From contig JAVKHP010000001.1 in NCBI GenBank assembly GCA_031459855.1, positions 1,825,842 through 1,889,841 on the forward strand: DNA of 64,000 bases, in the 5' to 3' direction. The translations under genes were made by a program, and so were the position numbers. Positions 57,391 through 64,000 of this stretch are shown in pieces (position 1 is the first letter of the stretch; each line of letters starts with the position of its first letter). Origin of the DNA: Candidatus Fervidifonticultor primus. Lineage in GTDB: Bacteria > Sysuimicrobiota > Sysuimicrobiia > Sysuimicrobiales > Humicultoraceae. The notes under the pieces were generated by a model. The model was not told where the DNA came from. It did no database searches and saw only the letters and a list, made by a program, of their open reading frames with translations.

Positions 57391-58617
57391 ATGCGTACTG
57401 CGCTCGTAGACGGGGACGTCCAGGACAGCGGGCGGCGCGCGGCACGGCTGGCCGCGCTCTATGCCACGGCCCTGATCCTCACCCACGCCACGGTCGACGC
57501 CGGCGCAGGCGCCAAACCGGCGCTGGTCCAGTTCTTCCGGGCGCACCTCGGCCTGTCGTACACGGTGCTGGGCGTGATCGTCACGGCCTCGGCGCTGGGC
57601 GGCGCCATCGCCCAGGTGCTGTTCGGCCTGCTGGCCGACGCCCACCGGCGGCCGTGGACGGCGGCCGCCGGCGGCGCCCTGGCGGCGTTCGGCTTGAGCC
57701 TCACGGGGTTCGTTACCAGCGCGGTGACGGCCGCGGTGGCGCTGGGACTCGTGGCGCTCGGCTCGGCGGCCTTCCACCCGGAGGCCTTGCGCACGATGCA
57801 CCGGCTGGGTGGCGAGCGCCGCGCGACGGCCATGTCGTACTTCACCGTGGGCGGCAGCGTGGGGTGGGCGCTGGGGCCGGCGCTGGTGGGCGCCATCGCC
57901 GGGACGTTCGGCCTGGCCGCGATGCGGTGGTGGGTGGTCGGGGCCCTGCCGGTGCCCGTGGCGTTGTGGCTGGCCAGCGTGCGGGTGCTGCCGCAAGCGG
58001 CGACGCGTCCCGCAGCCGACGCCGCCGCGGGCGCCGACCGGTGGGGCGACTACCGCACGCTCTTCGCGGTGGTGCTGCTGCGGGCCGCCGCGCACCAGTC
58101 GTTGACGGTGTTCTACCCGGCCTACCTGATCGACGTGGCCGGGACCAGCCGCACTGTGGCGTCGCTGTCGCTGTCGCTGCTGCTGGTCTCGGGCATCGTG
58201 GCTGGCCCGGTGATCGGCCGCCTGGCCGACCGGTGGAGCCGCCGCGGCGTGCTGGTGGCCACCGTGATCCTCTTCGCGCTGCTCACCCTGGTCCTGCCGG
58301 CCCTGCGCGGCCCCGTGATGTACGCGGTGCTGTTCCTGGTCGGGGGCGCGTCGATGGGCGCGGTGCCGATCACGCTGGTGATGTCGCAGGAGTACCTGCC
58401 CCGCCGCACGGGGCTGGGCGGCGGCCTGGTGCTGGCGGCGTCGGGCACCGCCTCGCTGGTGGCGACCCCCTTCGGGGCGCTGGCGGATGCGGCGGGGCTC
58501 GCCGCGGTGATCTACGCCTGCGCCGCGGTGGCGGGGTTGGCGGCGGTGATCGCGCTGCGGCTGCCGGGTGATGCGCCCGCCGCACGCGCGCGGCTCGCCG
58601 GAGAGCTGACGGGGTAG
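57391..58617 (+). CDS. MFS transporter
   Basis: 12 predicted TM segments; ..GLLADAHRRPW.., ..GRLADRWSRRG.. loop motifs; divergent from the CoA-transferase operon. Confidence 0.7.
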   Translation: MRTALVDGDVQDSGRRAARLAALYATALILTHATVDAGAGAKPALVQFFRAHLGLSYTVLGVIVTASALGGAIAQVLFGLLADAHRRPWTAAAGGALAAFGLSLTGFVTSAVTAAVALGLVALGSAAFHPEALRTMHRLGGERRATAMSYFTVGGSVGWALGPALVGAIAGTFGLAAMRWWVVGALPVPVALWLASVRVLPQAATRPAADAAAGADRWGDYRTLFAVVLLRAAAHQSLTVFYPAYLIDVAGTSRTVASLSLSLLLVSGIVAGPVIGRLADRWSRRGVLVATVILFALLTLVLPALRGPVMYAVLFLVGGASMGAVPITLVMSQEYLPRRTGLGGGLVLAASGTASLVATPFGALADAAGLAAVIYACAAVAGLAAVIALRLPGDAPAARARLAGELTG

Positions 58618-58714
58618 CGGCGCAGGAACGGTTGCTCCGGCTGGCCAACACCACGTATCGTGAACGTGCACGGGCGCGTGACAGCGTGAAGAACGGCGCG
58701 GAGGTGAGGACACG

Positions 58715-59257
58715 GTGGACCTGCAGGGGCTGCGGGTGGCGGTCCTGGCCGAGGAGCTCTACGAGGACCTTGAACTGTGGTACCCGGTGCTGCGGTTGCG
58801 CGAGGCCGGGGCCACGGTGACGATCGTCGGCCCCCGGGCCGGCGAAGTCTACAAGAGCAAGCACGGCTACCCCGCGAAGGCGGACTTGGGCATGGACGAA
58901 GCGCGGCCGGCCGACTTCGACGGCGTGGTCATCCCCGGCGGCTACGCGCCCGACCGCATGCGCCGGCACCGCGCGATGCTCGAGTTCGTGCGCGCGCTGC
59001 ACGAGGCGGGCAAGCCGGTGGCGTTCATCTGCCATGCGGGCTGGGTGCCGATCTCGGCGGGGATCGTGCGCGGCCGCACCGTGACCAGCGTGTCGGCCAT
59101 CAAGGACGACCTGGTGAACGCCGGCGCCACGTGGGTCGACCAGGAGGTCGTCGTCGACGGGAACCTGGTCTCGTCGCGCACGCCGCCCGACCTGCCCGCG
59201 TTCTGCCGCGAGGTGATCCGTCTGCTGGCGCAGCGGCGGGTGGCCGCGGGGCGCTGA
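58715..59257 (+). CDS. DJ-1/PfpI family protein (class I glutamine amidotransferase-like)
   Basis: ..GVVIPGGYAPDRMRRHRAMLEFVRALHEAGKPVAFICHAGWVPISAG.. has the nucleophile elbow C-H. GTG start. Confidence 0.8.
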   Translation: MDLQGLRVAVLAEELYEDLELWYPVLRLREAGATVTIVGPRAGEVYKSKHGYPAKADLGMDEARPADFDGVVIPGGYAPDRMRRHRAMLEFVRALHEAGKPVAFICHAGWVPISAGIVRGRTVTSVSAIKDDLVNAGATWVDQEVVVDGNLVSSRTPPDLPAFCREVIRLLAQRRVAAGR

Positions 59258-59259
59258 CG

Positions 59260-59568
59260 TCAGTACACCGGCGGCGCGTAGACGTTCACCGTCACCAGCG
59301 GCGTCCGCCCGGTGTTGCGGATCTCGTGCGGCTCGCCGGCTTCGATGAGCAGGAGGGTGCCGGCGGCCAGCGCCACGCGCCGCCCCCGGACGACCGCCTC
59401 GCCCCGTCCAGCGATCACGTAGAGCCACTGGTCGGACGTGTCGTGGACGTTGTCCGCGCCGCCGGTACCCTGCCCGGGCGCGAGGACCATGGTCGCTGCC
59501 TGGGACCGGGGTGTGCCGCCGACAAGACGGAAGAAGCCGGAGGCGGCCGCGGCATGGACCAGTTTCAT
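59260..59568 (-). CDS. Small cupin-domain protein (102 aa)
   Basis: ..MVLAPGQGTGGADNVHDTSDQWLYVIAGRGEAVVRGRRVALAAGTLLLIEAGEPHEIRNTG.. is cupin_2-like (G(X)5HXH..E / PxGxxHxxxN). Start ATG at 59568; 53 bp downstream of the rSAM gene. Confidence 0.65.
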   Translation of the reverse strand: MKLVHAAAASGFFRLVGGTPRSQAATMVLAPGQGTGGADNVHDTSDQWLYVIAGRGEAVVRGRRVALAAGTLLLIEAGEPHEIRNTGRTPLVTVNVYAPPVY

Positions 59569-59621
59569 CGAGCGAGCCCGCGCCCCCGGGGCGACGGCAT
59601 CGGCATCCGTGCGTACCCGAC

Positions 59622-62015
59622 CTATCCCCAGCCCCAGGCCGCCCGCGGCACCCGCCGCCAGCGTACGTCGAAGCGCCACAGCCCCGCCGCCCGTGCGTAG
59701 GCCAGGGCCTGCTCCAGCTCGGCGCGCGTGATCCGCCGGTTGATCTCTTTGAACTTCTCTTCGGTCTTGGCCCGCCAGGCGGGGTAGTACTGGTCCATGA
59801 TGTTCACATAGGTGTCGCGCGAGAGCCCGGCCAGGTAGTTCATGATCTCGCGGGTGTCGTCCAGCGCCCCCGGCATCACCAGGTGGCGCACCAGCAGCCC
59901 GCGCACCGCCAGGCCGTCCTCGGTGACCTTCAGCTCGCCCACCTGCTCGTGCATCATGCGGATCACCCGCCGGGCGGCCTCGGGATAGTCGGGGGCCAGC
60001 AGGTAGCGGCGGCTGCGCTCGCGGTCCCACAGCTTGAAGTCGGGCATGTAGATGTCCACGACGCCGTCCATCAGCCGGATGCTGTGCTCGCTGTCGTACG
60101 CGCCGGTGTTGTAGACCAGCGGCAGCCGCAGGCCGCCCTCGACGGCGAGGAGCACGCCTTCCAGGATCTGCGGCACGACGTGCTCGGGGGTGACGAAGTT
60201 GATGTTGTGGCAGCCCTCGGCCTGCAGCTGCAGCATCATGCGGGCCAGGTCGCGGGGGGTGACCTCGACGCCCTCGCCGATCTGGCTGGTTTCATAGTTC
60301 TGACAGTTCCCGATCGCCACGCCGTGGACGAGGAAGGAATGCGCATCATCTGCGACTTCAAGATTGTAGACGGGGCCGTCGTAAGGAATGCGGGAGATGC
60401 GTCGGATGGGGACCCAAAACCCGTGTTCAGTCCGGAAGTGGCGCACGCGCTCGTCCGGCCCGATGCCTTCCCATGCCGCGCGACGGCACTTGACGTAGTA
60501 GAGGGTCTCGCGCTGCCGCACGCGACGACCTTGAAGGGTTTGGAAGCGAGACCGCGGTGTGGCGTAGAAGTATGGGAACACGCCAACGCGCAGAAACAAC
60601 GTCATCAGACCCAGCGCGAGGTCCTCGGACACGGTGCTCGCCGCGATGTAGTGGGTATGCCAGCACCCGTCGCCCGCGAGGTACGCTTCGAGGAACGCAC
60701 GCACGATGGCTTTCGGTGCAGTCGCCAGCGGAGGTGGCACGCGCTTCTGCGCGGCCCTGTGACCGCAAAGGCTCGCAAACAGTAACGCCAGCGCACTGTT
60801 GCCAACCTCCACGGTGATCGTCGTCGAACGCGTCCGCACGGACGGCGTCACGCCGAAGACCGTCTGCAATAGTGTTCGGACGTGGTGTACCTTGTCCGGT
60901 TCATGGAGGCCAAAAGAGAAGATCAACCGATGCGAGTTGGGCCGGCTCCGCGCCGAGGTCACGTGGCCCTCCGCACAGTAGTAGCCCAACAGCCGGGCTA
61001 CTCCTTCGTCCAGTTGCAGACGACACGGCACGCCCGGGCCCTTCTCGGTCTTGAAGCGTACGCGGCCCCCGCGCTCGACGAGCACATTGGGTAGATGCTC
61101 GCTGTCGTGCAATGCCAGACCGCGACGAAGTCGTCCTCGCAGGGTCCGGACGTAGGCCGGATGGTAGCCCAACGTGAGGCCCACAGCGCGGGACGTAAGG
61201 CGTGGGGAAGCGGTGGATCCCAGCAGTGCGCGCAGGAGGGCGACCGGCACCCGACGCGTCGCAGGGACGCGAACACTGGTCCGATGGTGCTCAAGCAGTG
61301 TCCTGGTGTCAATCTCGGGCACAGCGCCGTCCGCCGGCAGGCTCGGGATGAACAGGAGATGCCGCTCGGTCAGGTCTGCGGCCAGTACCTTGCGCGGCGC
61401 CGCGCCTGGAGCAGGCGCGGCGAAGATCGCGTGGTTCGCCGTCACAGTGATCGCGGGCAGGCCGTAGGGCTTGACGACGACCATCTCTCCGCGGTGCGCG
61501 TGCCGGAAGACCTTTGCGACGGGCGCCAGACGCCCTTCGTGCGTGTACACACGCAGTGAGTCGACGAAACGCACCGACCCGTCAGGAAGCGTGACCTCAC
61601 GACCCGTTGCCGAGTCGAAGATCTCTCCGATCGGCAGGGCGCCTCGATCGGTGAGGACGCGCACGTCGGGACTCAAGCAGAAGACGCAGCGCAGGTTGCA
61701 CCACGCGAAGAAGATCGTCCCCGACCCGTTCCAGCCCCGCAGGACGTCCTCCTCGCCAAAGTGGTGGAAGAACGACGACACCCGCGCGTAGCGCCCGGTC
61801 TTGCACACGGCGAAGCGGTTGGCGAGACGGTCGACCCCGCAGTCGCGCGGGCACAGCCGGCAGTCGCGCAGCGCCTCCAGCGCCTCCTCGACCTTGGCGC
61901 GCAGCCGGCCCTCCTCGTAGGTGCGGACGTACGCCGGGACGAAGTCGGCCGCGCGGATGACGAACCGCCCGTGGCCGTGGACCTCGGGCGGCATCCCGCG
62001 GCTCACCAGGACCAT
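59622..62015 (-). CDS. Radical SAM enzyme (PflA-like / AmmeMemoRadiSam-type activase) interrupted by a 458-aa intein; host ~340 aa after splicing
   Basis: N-extein ..CRLCPRDCGV..FAVCKTG..GSGTIFFAWCNLRCVF + C-extein CQNYETSQIGEGVEVTPRDLARMMLQLQAEGCHNINFVTPEHVVPQIL..GAYDS.. reconstitutes CNLRCVFCQNYE (CX3CX2C). Preferred start ATG 62015 (SD GGGGGGAAG); alternative TTG 62048 lies within a TATAAT box. Confidence 0.8.
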   Translation of the reverse strand: MVLVSRGMPPEVHGHGRFVIRAADFVPAYVRTYEEGRLRAKVEEALEALRDCRLCPRDCGVDRLANRFAVCKTGRYARVSSFFHHFGEEDVLRGWNGSGTIFFAWCNLRCVFCLSPDVRVLTDRGALPIGEIFDSATGREVTLPDGSVRFVDSLRVYTHEGRLAPVAKVFRHAHRGEMVVVKPYGLPAITVTANHAIFAAPAPGAAPRKVLAADLTERHLLFIPSLPADGAVPEIDTRTLLEHHRTSVRVPATRRVPVALLRALLGSTASPRLTSRAVGLTLGYHPAYVRTLRGRLRRGLALHDSEHLPNVLVERGGRVRFKTEKGPGVPCRLQLDEGVARLLGYYCAEGHVTSARSRPNSHRLIFSFGLHEPDKVHHVRTLLQTVFGVTPSVRTRSTTITVEVGNSALALLFASLCGHRAAQKRVPPPLATAPKAIVRAFLEAYLAGDGCWHTHYIAASTVSEDLALGLMTLFLRVGVFPYFYATPRSRFQTLQGRRVRQRETLYYVKCRRAAWEGIGPDERVRHFRTEHGFWVPIRRISRIPYDGPVYNLEVADDAHSFLVHGVAIGNCQNYETSQIGEGVEVTPRDLARMMLQLQAEGCHNINFVTPEHVVPQILEGVLLAVEGGLRLPLVYNTGAYDSEHSIRLMDGVVDIYMPDFKLWDRERSRRYLLAPDYPEAARRVIRMMHEQVGELKVTEDGLAVRGLLVRHLVMPGALDDTREIMNYLAGLSRDTYVNIMDQYYPAWRAKTEEKFKEINRRITRAELEQALAYARAAGLWRFDVRWRRVPRAAWGWG
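60306..61679 (-). other. Intein (~458 aa) with LAGLIDADG homing-endonuclease domain, inserted between F and the third Cys of the CX3CX2C motif
   Basis: Block A CLSPDVRVLTDRGALPIGEI; block B AITVTANHAIF; LAGLIDADG motifs LLGYYCAEGHV and FLEAYLAGDGCW; block F/G PVYNLEVADDAHSFLVHGVAIGN followed by +1 Cys (CQNY..). Penultimate His replaced by Gly. Confidence 0.8.
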
Positions 62016-62047
62016 CGCGCGCTTCCCCCCAGGGCCATGTCCCTTCA

Positions 62048-62053
62048 ATTATA
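62048..62053 (-). promoter_or_regulatory. Perfect TATAAT hexamer (minus strand) ~33 nt upstream of the rSAM ATG
   Basis: ggcTATAATTGaagggacATGgcc on the minus strand, seen directly. Confidence 0.3.
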
Positions 62054-62133
62054 GCCGTCCGGGTGTGACCACCCGAGCGCGCGCAGTACCCGCGCGAGCG
62101 CCCGCGGACCCGGGGCGGCCGCGGGAACCCGGG

Positions 62134-64000
62134 TCAGCTGATCCCTGCGCCCGGCGCCTCGCCAGCGGTGGCCCCGGGCACCGCGGCCGGCACCGCCGTG
62201 GGCGCCCCCGCCGTCGGTGCCCACCCCAGGTAGTCCTCCAGCGCCCGCAGCACCTTGCCCAGGGCATCGCGCCAGGTGGCCCGGTGGGTGAACAGGTGCG
62301 TCTCGCCGGGGTAGTAGTGGCTCTCGACGGTCTTCCCGTGGGCAACGCAGTCGGCGACGATGAGGTCGAGCTGCTCGAAGGGGACGGCCTCGTCCCGGGT
62401 ACCGTGGAAGTTGACCAGGGGGGCGCGGAGCTGTGCGACCCAGTGGCGCGGGGAGGCTTGGTGCCAGACATCGGGGCGCTGCTCGCGCGTGCCGCGGGCG
62501 CGGCCCAGGAAGTAGTCGTAGGCCGGACGGAACGCGCCCTTCGCCCATGCCATCCACCGGTCGAAGTCCCAGATGCCAGCGACGTTGATCCCCAGCGCGA
62601 ACGTCTCGGGAAAGCGTGTCAGCGCCGCGAGGGTGAGCCACCCGCCGTACGACAGCCCCCAGATGCCGACCCGCTGGGGGTCGACGAAGGGCAGGGTCTT
62701 GAGCCACTCACCGGCGCGCACACAGTCCTCACACTCGACCGTGGCCAGGCCGCCCGCGTTGCCCTGCTCGAACGCCTTGCCGTAGCCGATGCCGCCCCGG
62801 TAGTTCACCAGGTACGAGACGACGCCGAGCTCGGCCAGCCACAGCGACACCGCGTAGAAGAACGCGTAGGCCTCCAGCGGCGGGAAGCCTTCGCGCATCT
62901 GCCGCATGCCGCCACCGTGCACGTAGACCAGCGCCGGATAGCGCCGGCCCGGCTCGAGCGTGCGCGGCGTCAGCAGGTAACCCGGGATCTGCCAGCCGCC
63001 CGGCCCCGGGGTGTGCACCAGACGCGGCCGCGCGAAGCGCGCGGGGTCACACCCCTCGGGCATCGCACGCACGAGGCGGCGCAGCCCGGTGCCGTCGCGG
63101 GCGACCACCCACAGCTCGGGCGCGTGCTCCACGGTGCTGTGCTTGAAGACCAGGCGGTCGCCCGCGGGGGACCACGCGGGCTCGACGCTGGTGCCATGCG
63201 CGGTCACCAGTTGACGCAGCCGGCCCGTGGCGAGGTCGACGGCGTACAGATGCCGCAGCCCCAGGTCGGCGCGATTCGACGAGAACGCGACCTCGCGGCC
63301 GTCGGGGCTGACACGCGGGTGGTCGTAGGCGTGCCCGACGTCTTCGCCGATTCCGCCGGTGAGGGCCCGCAGCGCGCCGGTGTCGGTGTCGAGCAGGTAG
63401 AGATGCCACCACCCCTCGTGCCGGAGCACGAGCACGGCTCCCCGCCCATCGGGCAGGGCCTGCGCCGCAAACGCCGCCCCCAGTCCCTCGGGCTCGTCCT
63501 CGCGATGCACGACCCGGAGCTCGCTGCGCGCGGGCAGGTCCAGCACGCACCACTCCCGCACCGTGTAGGCCACCGACGGTCGGGCGAAGAGCAACCGGTC
63601 CGGCCGCAGCCACGTGACCGGCCCTTCCAGGGTCTCGGCGCGCGACCGCCACAGCAGCTGGCCGGTCGGTGTGACGACCGCGAGATCCCACCACCCTGCG
63701 TCCTCGACGGTGACGGCCAGGGCCGAGCCGTCGGGCGCCCACACGACGGCCGGCTGGTGGTCGAGCGCCCGCACGCGCCCGGGGGTCGGCAGCTCGCGCA
63801 GGGCGGGGATCGCCTCGTCCCACACCCACAGCCGCTGGCCGGCGACGAACGCCAGCAGCCCCGTCGGCGCCCAGGCGACCTCACTGACGGGCTGGGACGG
63901 GCTGACGTAGCGCTCGCGCGGCTGCCAGCGCCGGTCGGGGTCGCGCACCGCGACGACGACGCGCCCGCCCTGCACGTAGGCCACGCGGCCGTCGCGGCCC
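62134..64000 (-). CDS. S9 family serine peptidase (prolyl oligopeptidase/acylaminoacyl-peptidase-like; beta-propeller + alpha/beta hydrolase), 5' end beyond window
   Basis: TolB-like WD/propeller repeats (..WAPDGSALAV.., ..VSPDGREVAFSS.., ..WSPAGDRLVF..) then ..GLSYGGWLT.. (GxSxGG nucleophile) and the D/H region. The ORF is open to the window edge. Confidence 0.75.
   Translation of the reverse strand, partial: GRDGRVAYVQGGRVVVAVRDPDRRWQPRERYVSPSQPVSEVAWAPTGLLAFVAGQRLWVWDEAIPALRELPTPGRVRALDHQPAVVWAPDGSALAVTVEDAGWWDLAVVTPTGQLLWRSRAETLEGPVTWLRPDRLLFARPSVAYTVREWCVLDLPARSELRVVHREDEPEGLGAAFAAQALPDGRGAVLVLRHEGWWHLYLLDTDTGALRALTGGIGEDVGHAYDHPRVSPDGREVAFSSNRADLGLRHLYAVDLATGRLRQLVTAHGTSVEPAWSPAGDRLVFKHSTVEHAPELWVVARDGTGLRRLVRAMPEGCDPARFARPRLVHTPGPGGWQIPGYLLTPRTLEPGRRYPALVYVHGGGMRQMREGFPPLEAYAFFYAVSLWLAELGVVSYLVNYRGGIGYGKAFEQGNAGGLATVECEDCVRAGEWLKTLPFVDPQRVGIWGLSYGGWLTLAALTRFPETFALGINVAGIWDFDRWMAWAKGAFRPAYDYFLGRARGTREQRPDVWHQASPRHWVAQLRAPLVNFHGTRDEAVPFEQLDLIVADCVAHGKTVESHYYPGETHLFTHRATWRDALGKVLRALEDYLGWAPTAGAPTAVPAAVPGATAGEAPGAGIS

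Noticed and set aside
56145-58571. 808-aa plus ORF and 444-aa minus ORF over the CoA-transferase/MFS region
   Set aside because: Antisense or shifted-frame shadows. The MFS transporter occupies only 57391..58617 of the 574-aa plus ORF.
62046-62048. TTG start for the radical SAM gene as given by the ORF track (62048)
   Set aside because: The TTG lies inside a TATAAT box. The in-frame ATG at 62015 has a GGGGGGAAG SD and is preferred.

Overview
This is a very GC-rich bacterial window, dense with housekeeping and accessory metabolic genes. I estimate GC at about 70% by eye and did not compute it; the organism could be Chloroflexi/Thermomicrobia-like, Deinococcus-Thermus-like or Rubrobacter-like. 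Almost every long ORF has a low-complexity R/G/A/P-rich shadow ORF on the opposite strand; I rejected those on amino-acid composition. All coordinates below are approximate to a few bases.

Supported genes, left to right:
- Peptide-uptake/peptidase string (minus strand): M20 peptidase, two Dpp-type ABC permeases, a family-5 substrate-binding protein, a TIM-barrel sugar-phosphate isomerase and a DmpA/S58 aminopeptidase.
- A chimeric ORF with a mutator/IS256-like transposase core fused in frame to a RodZ-like TM + DUF4115 tail.
- A YeiH-family membrane protein.
- glcD-glcF-glcE (glycolate oxidase).
- A large GH57 glycoside hydrolase.
- A P1B-type heavy-metal ATPase.
- A Uma2-family endonuclease.
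- An Slt-type lytic transglycosylase.
- An arsR-GNAT-arsM arsenic methylation operon.
- glgC coupled to a GH57 glycogen-branching enzyme.
- A GalE-like epimerase, a bifunctional PGI/PMI, a MsiK-like sugar-ABC ATPase, an SPFH protein and a ROK glucokinase.
- The accD-accA-accB-accC operon.
- A short lower-GC islet carrying an ABM-like small protein.
- An M19 dipeptidase.
- htrA, nagZ, nagA and xpt.
- A second SBP / two-permease / M20-peptidase cluster.
- A DMT transporter.
- A two-subunit class I fumarase-type hydratase, a PQQ beta-propeller protein, a CitE-like acyl-CoA lyase and a family III CoA-transferase, with a divergent MFS transporter.
- A DJ-1/PfpI protein and a small cupin.
- A radical SAM enzyme interrupted by a full-length intein.
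- A partial S9 peptidase at the right edge.

Most notable observations:
1. A ~458-aa LAGLIDADG-containing intein is inserted exactly inside the CX3CX2C [4Fe-4S] motif of a PflA-like/AmmeMemoRadiSam-type radical SAM enzyme.
2. A family of short GC-rich tandem repeat arrays (34 bp x5, ~30 bp x4, 61 bp x3, 60 bp x2, 15 bp x~7, 55 bp x2) sits in intergenic regions, several starting at the 3' ends of genes.
3. The transposase-derived/DUF4115 chimeric ORF has a strong RBS and AT-richer direct repeats upstream.
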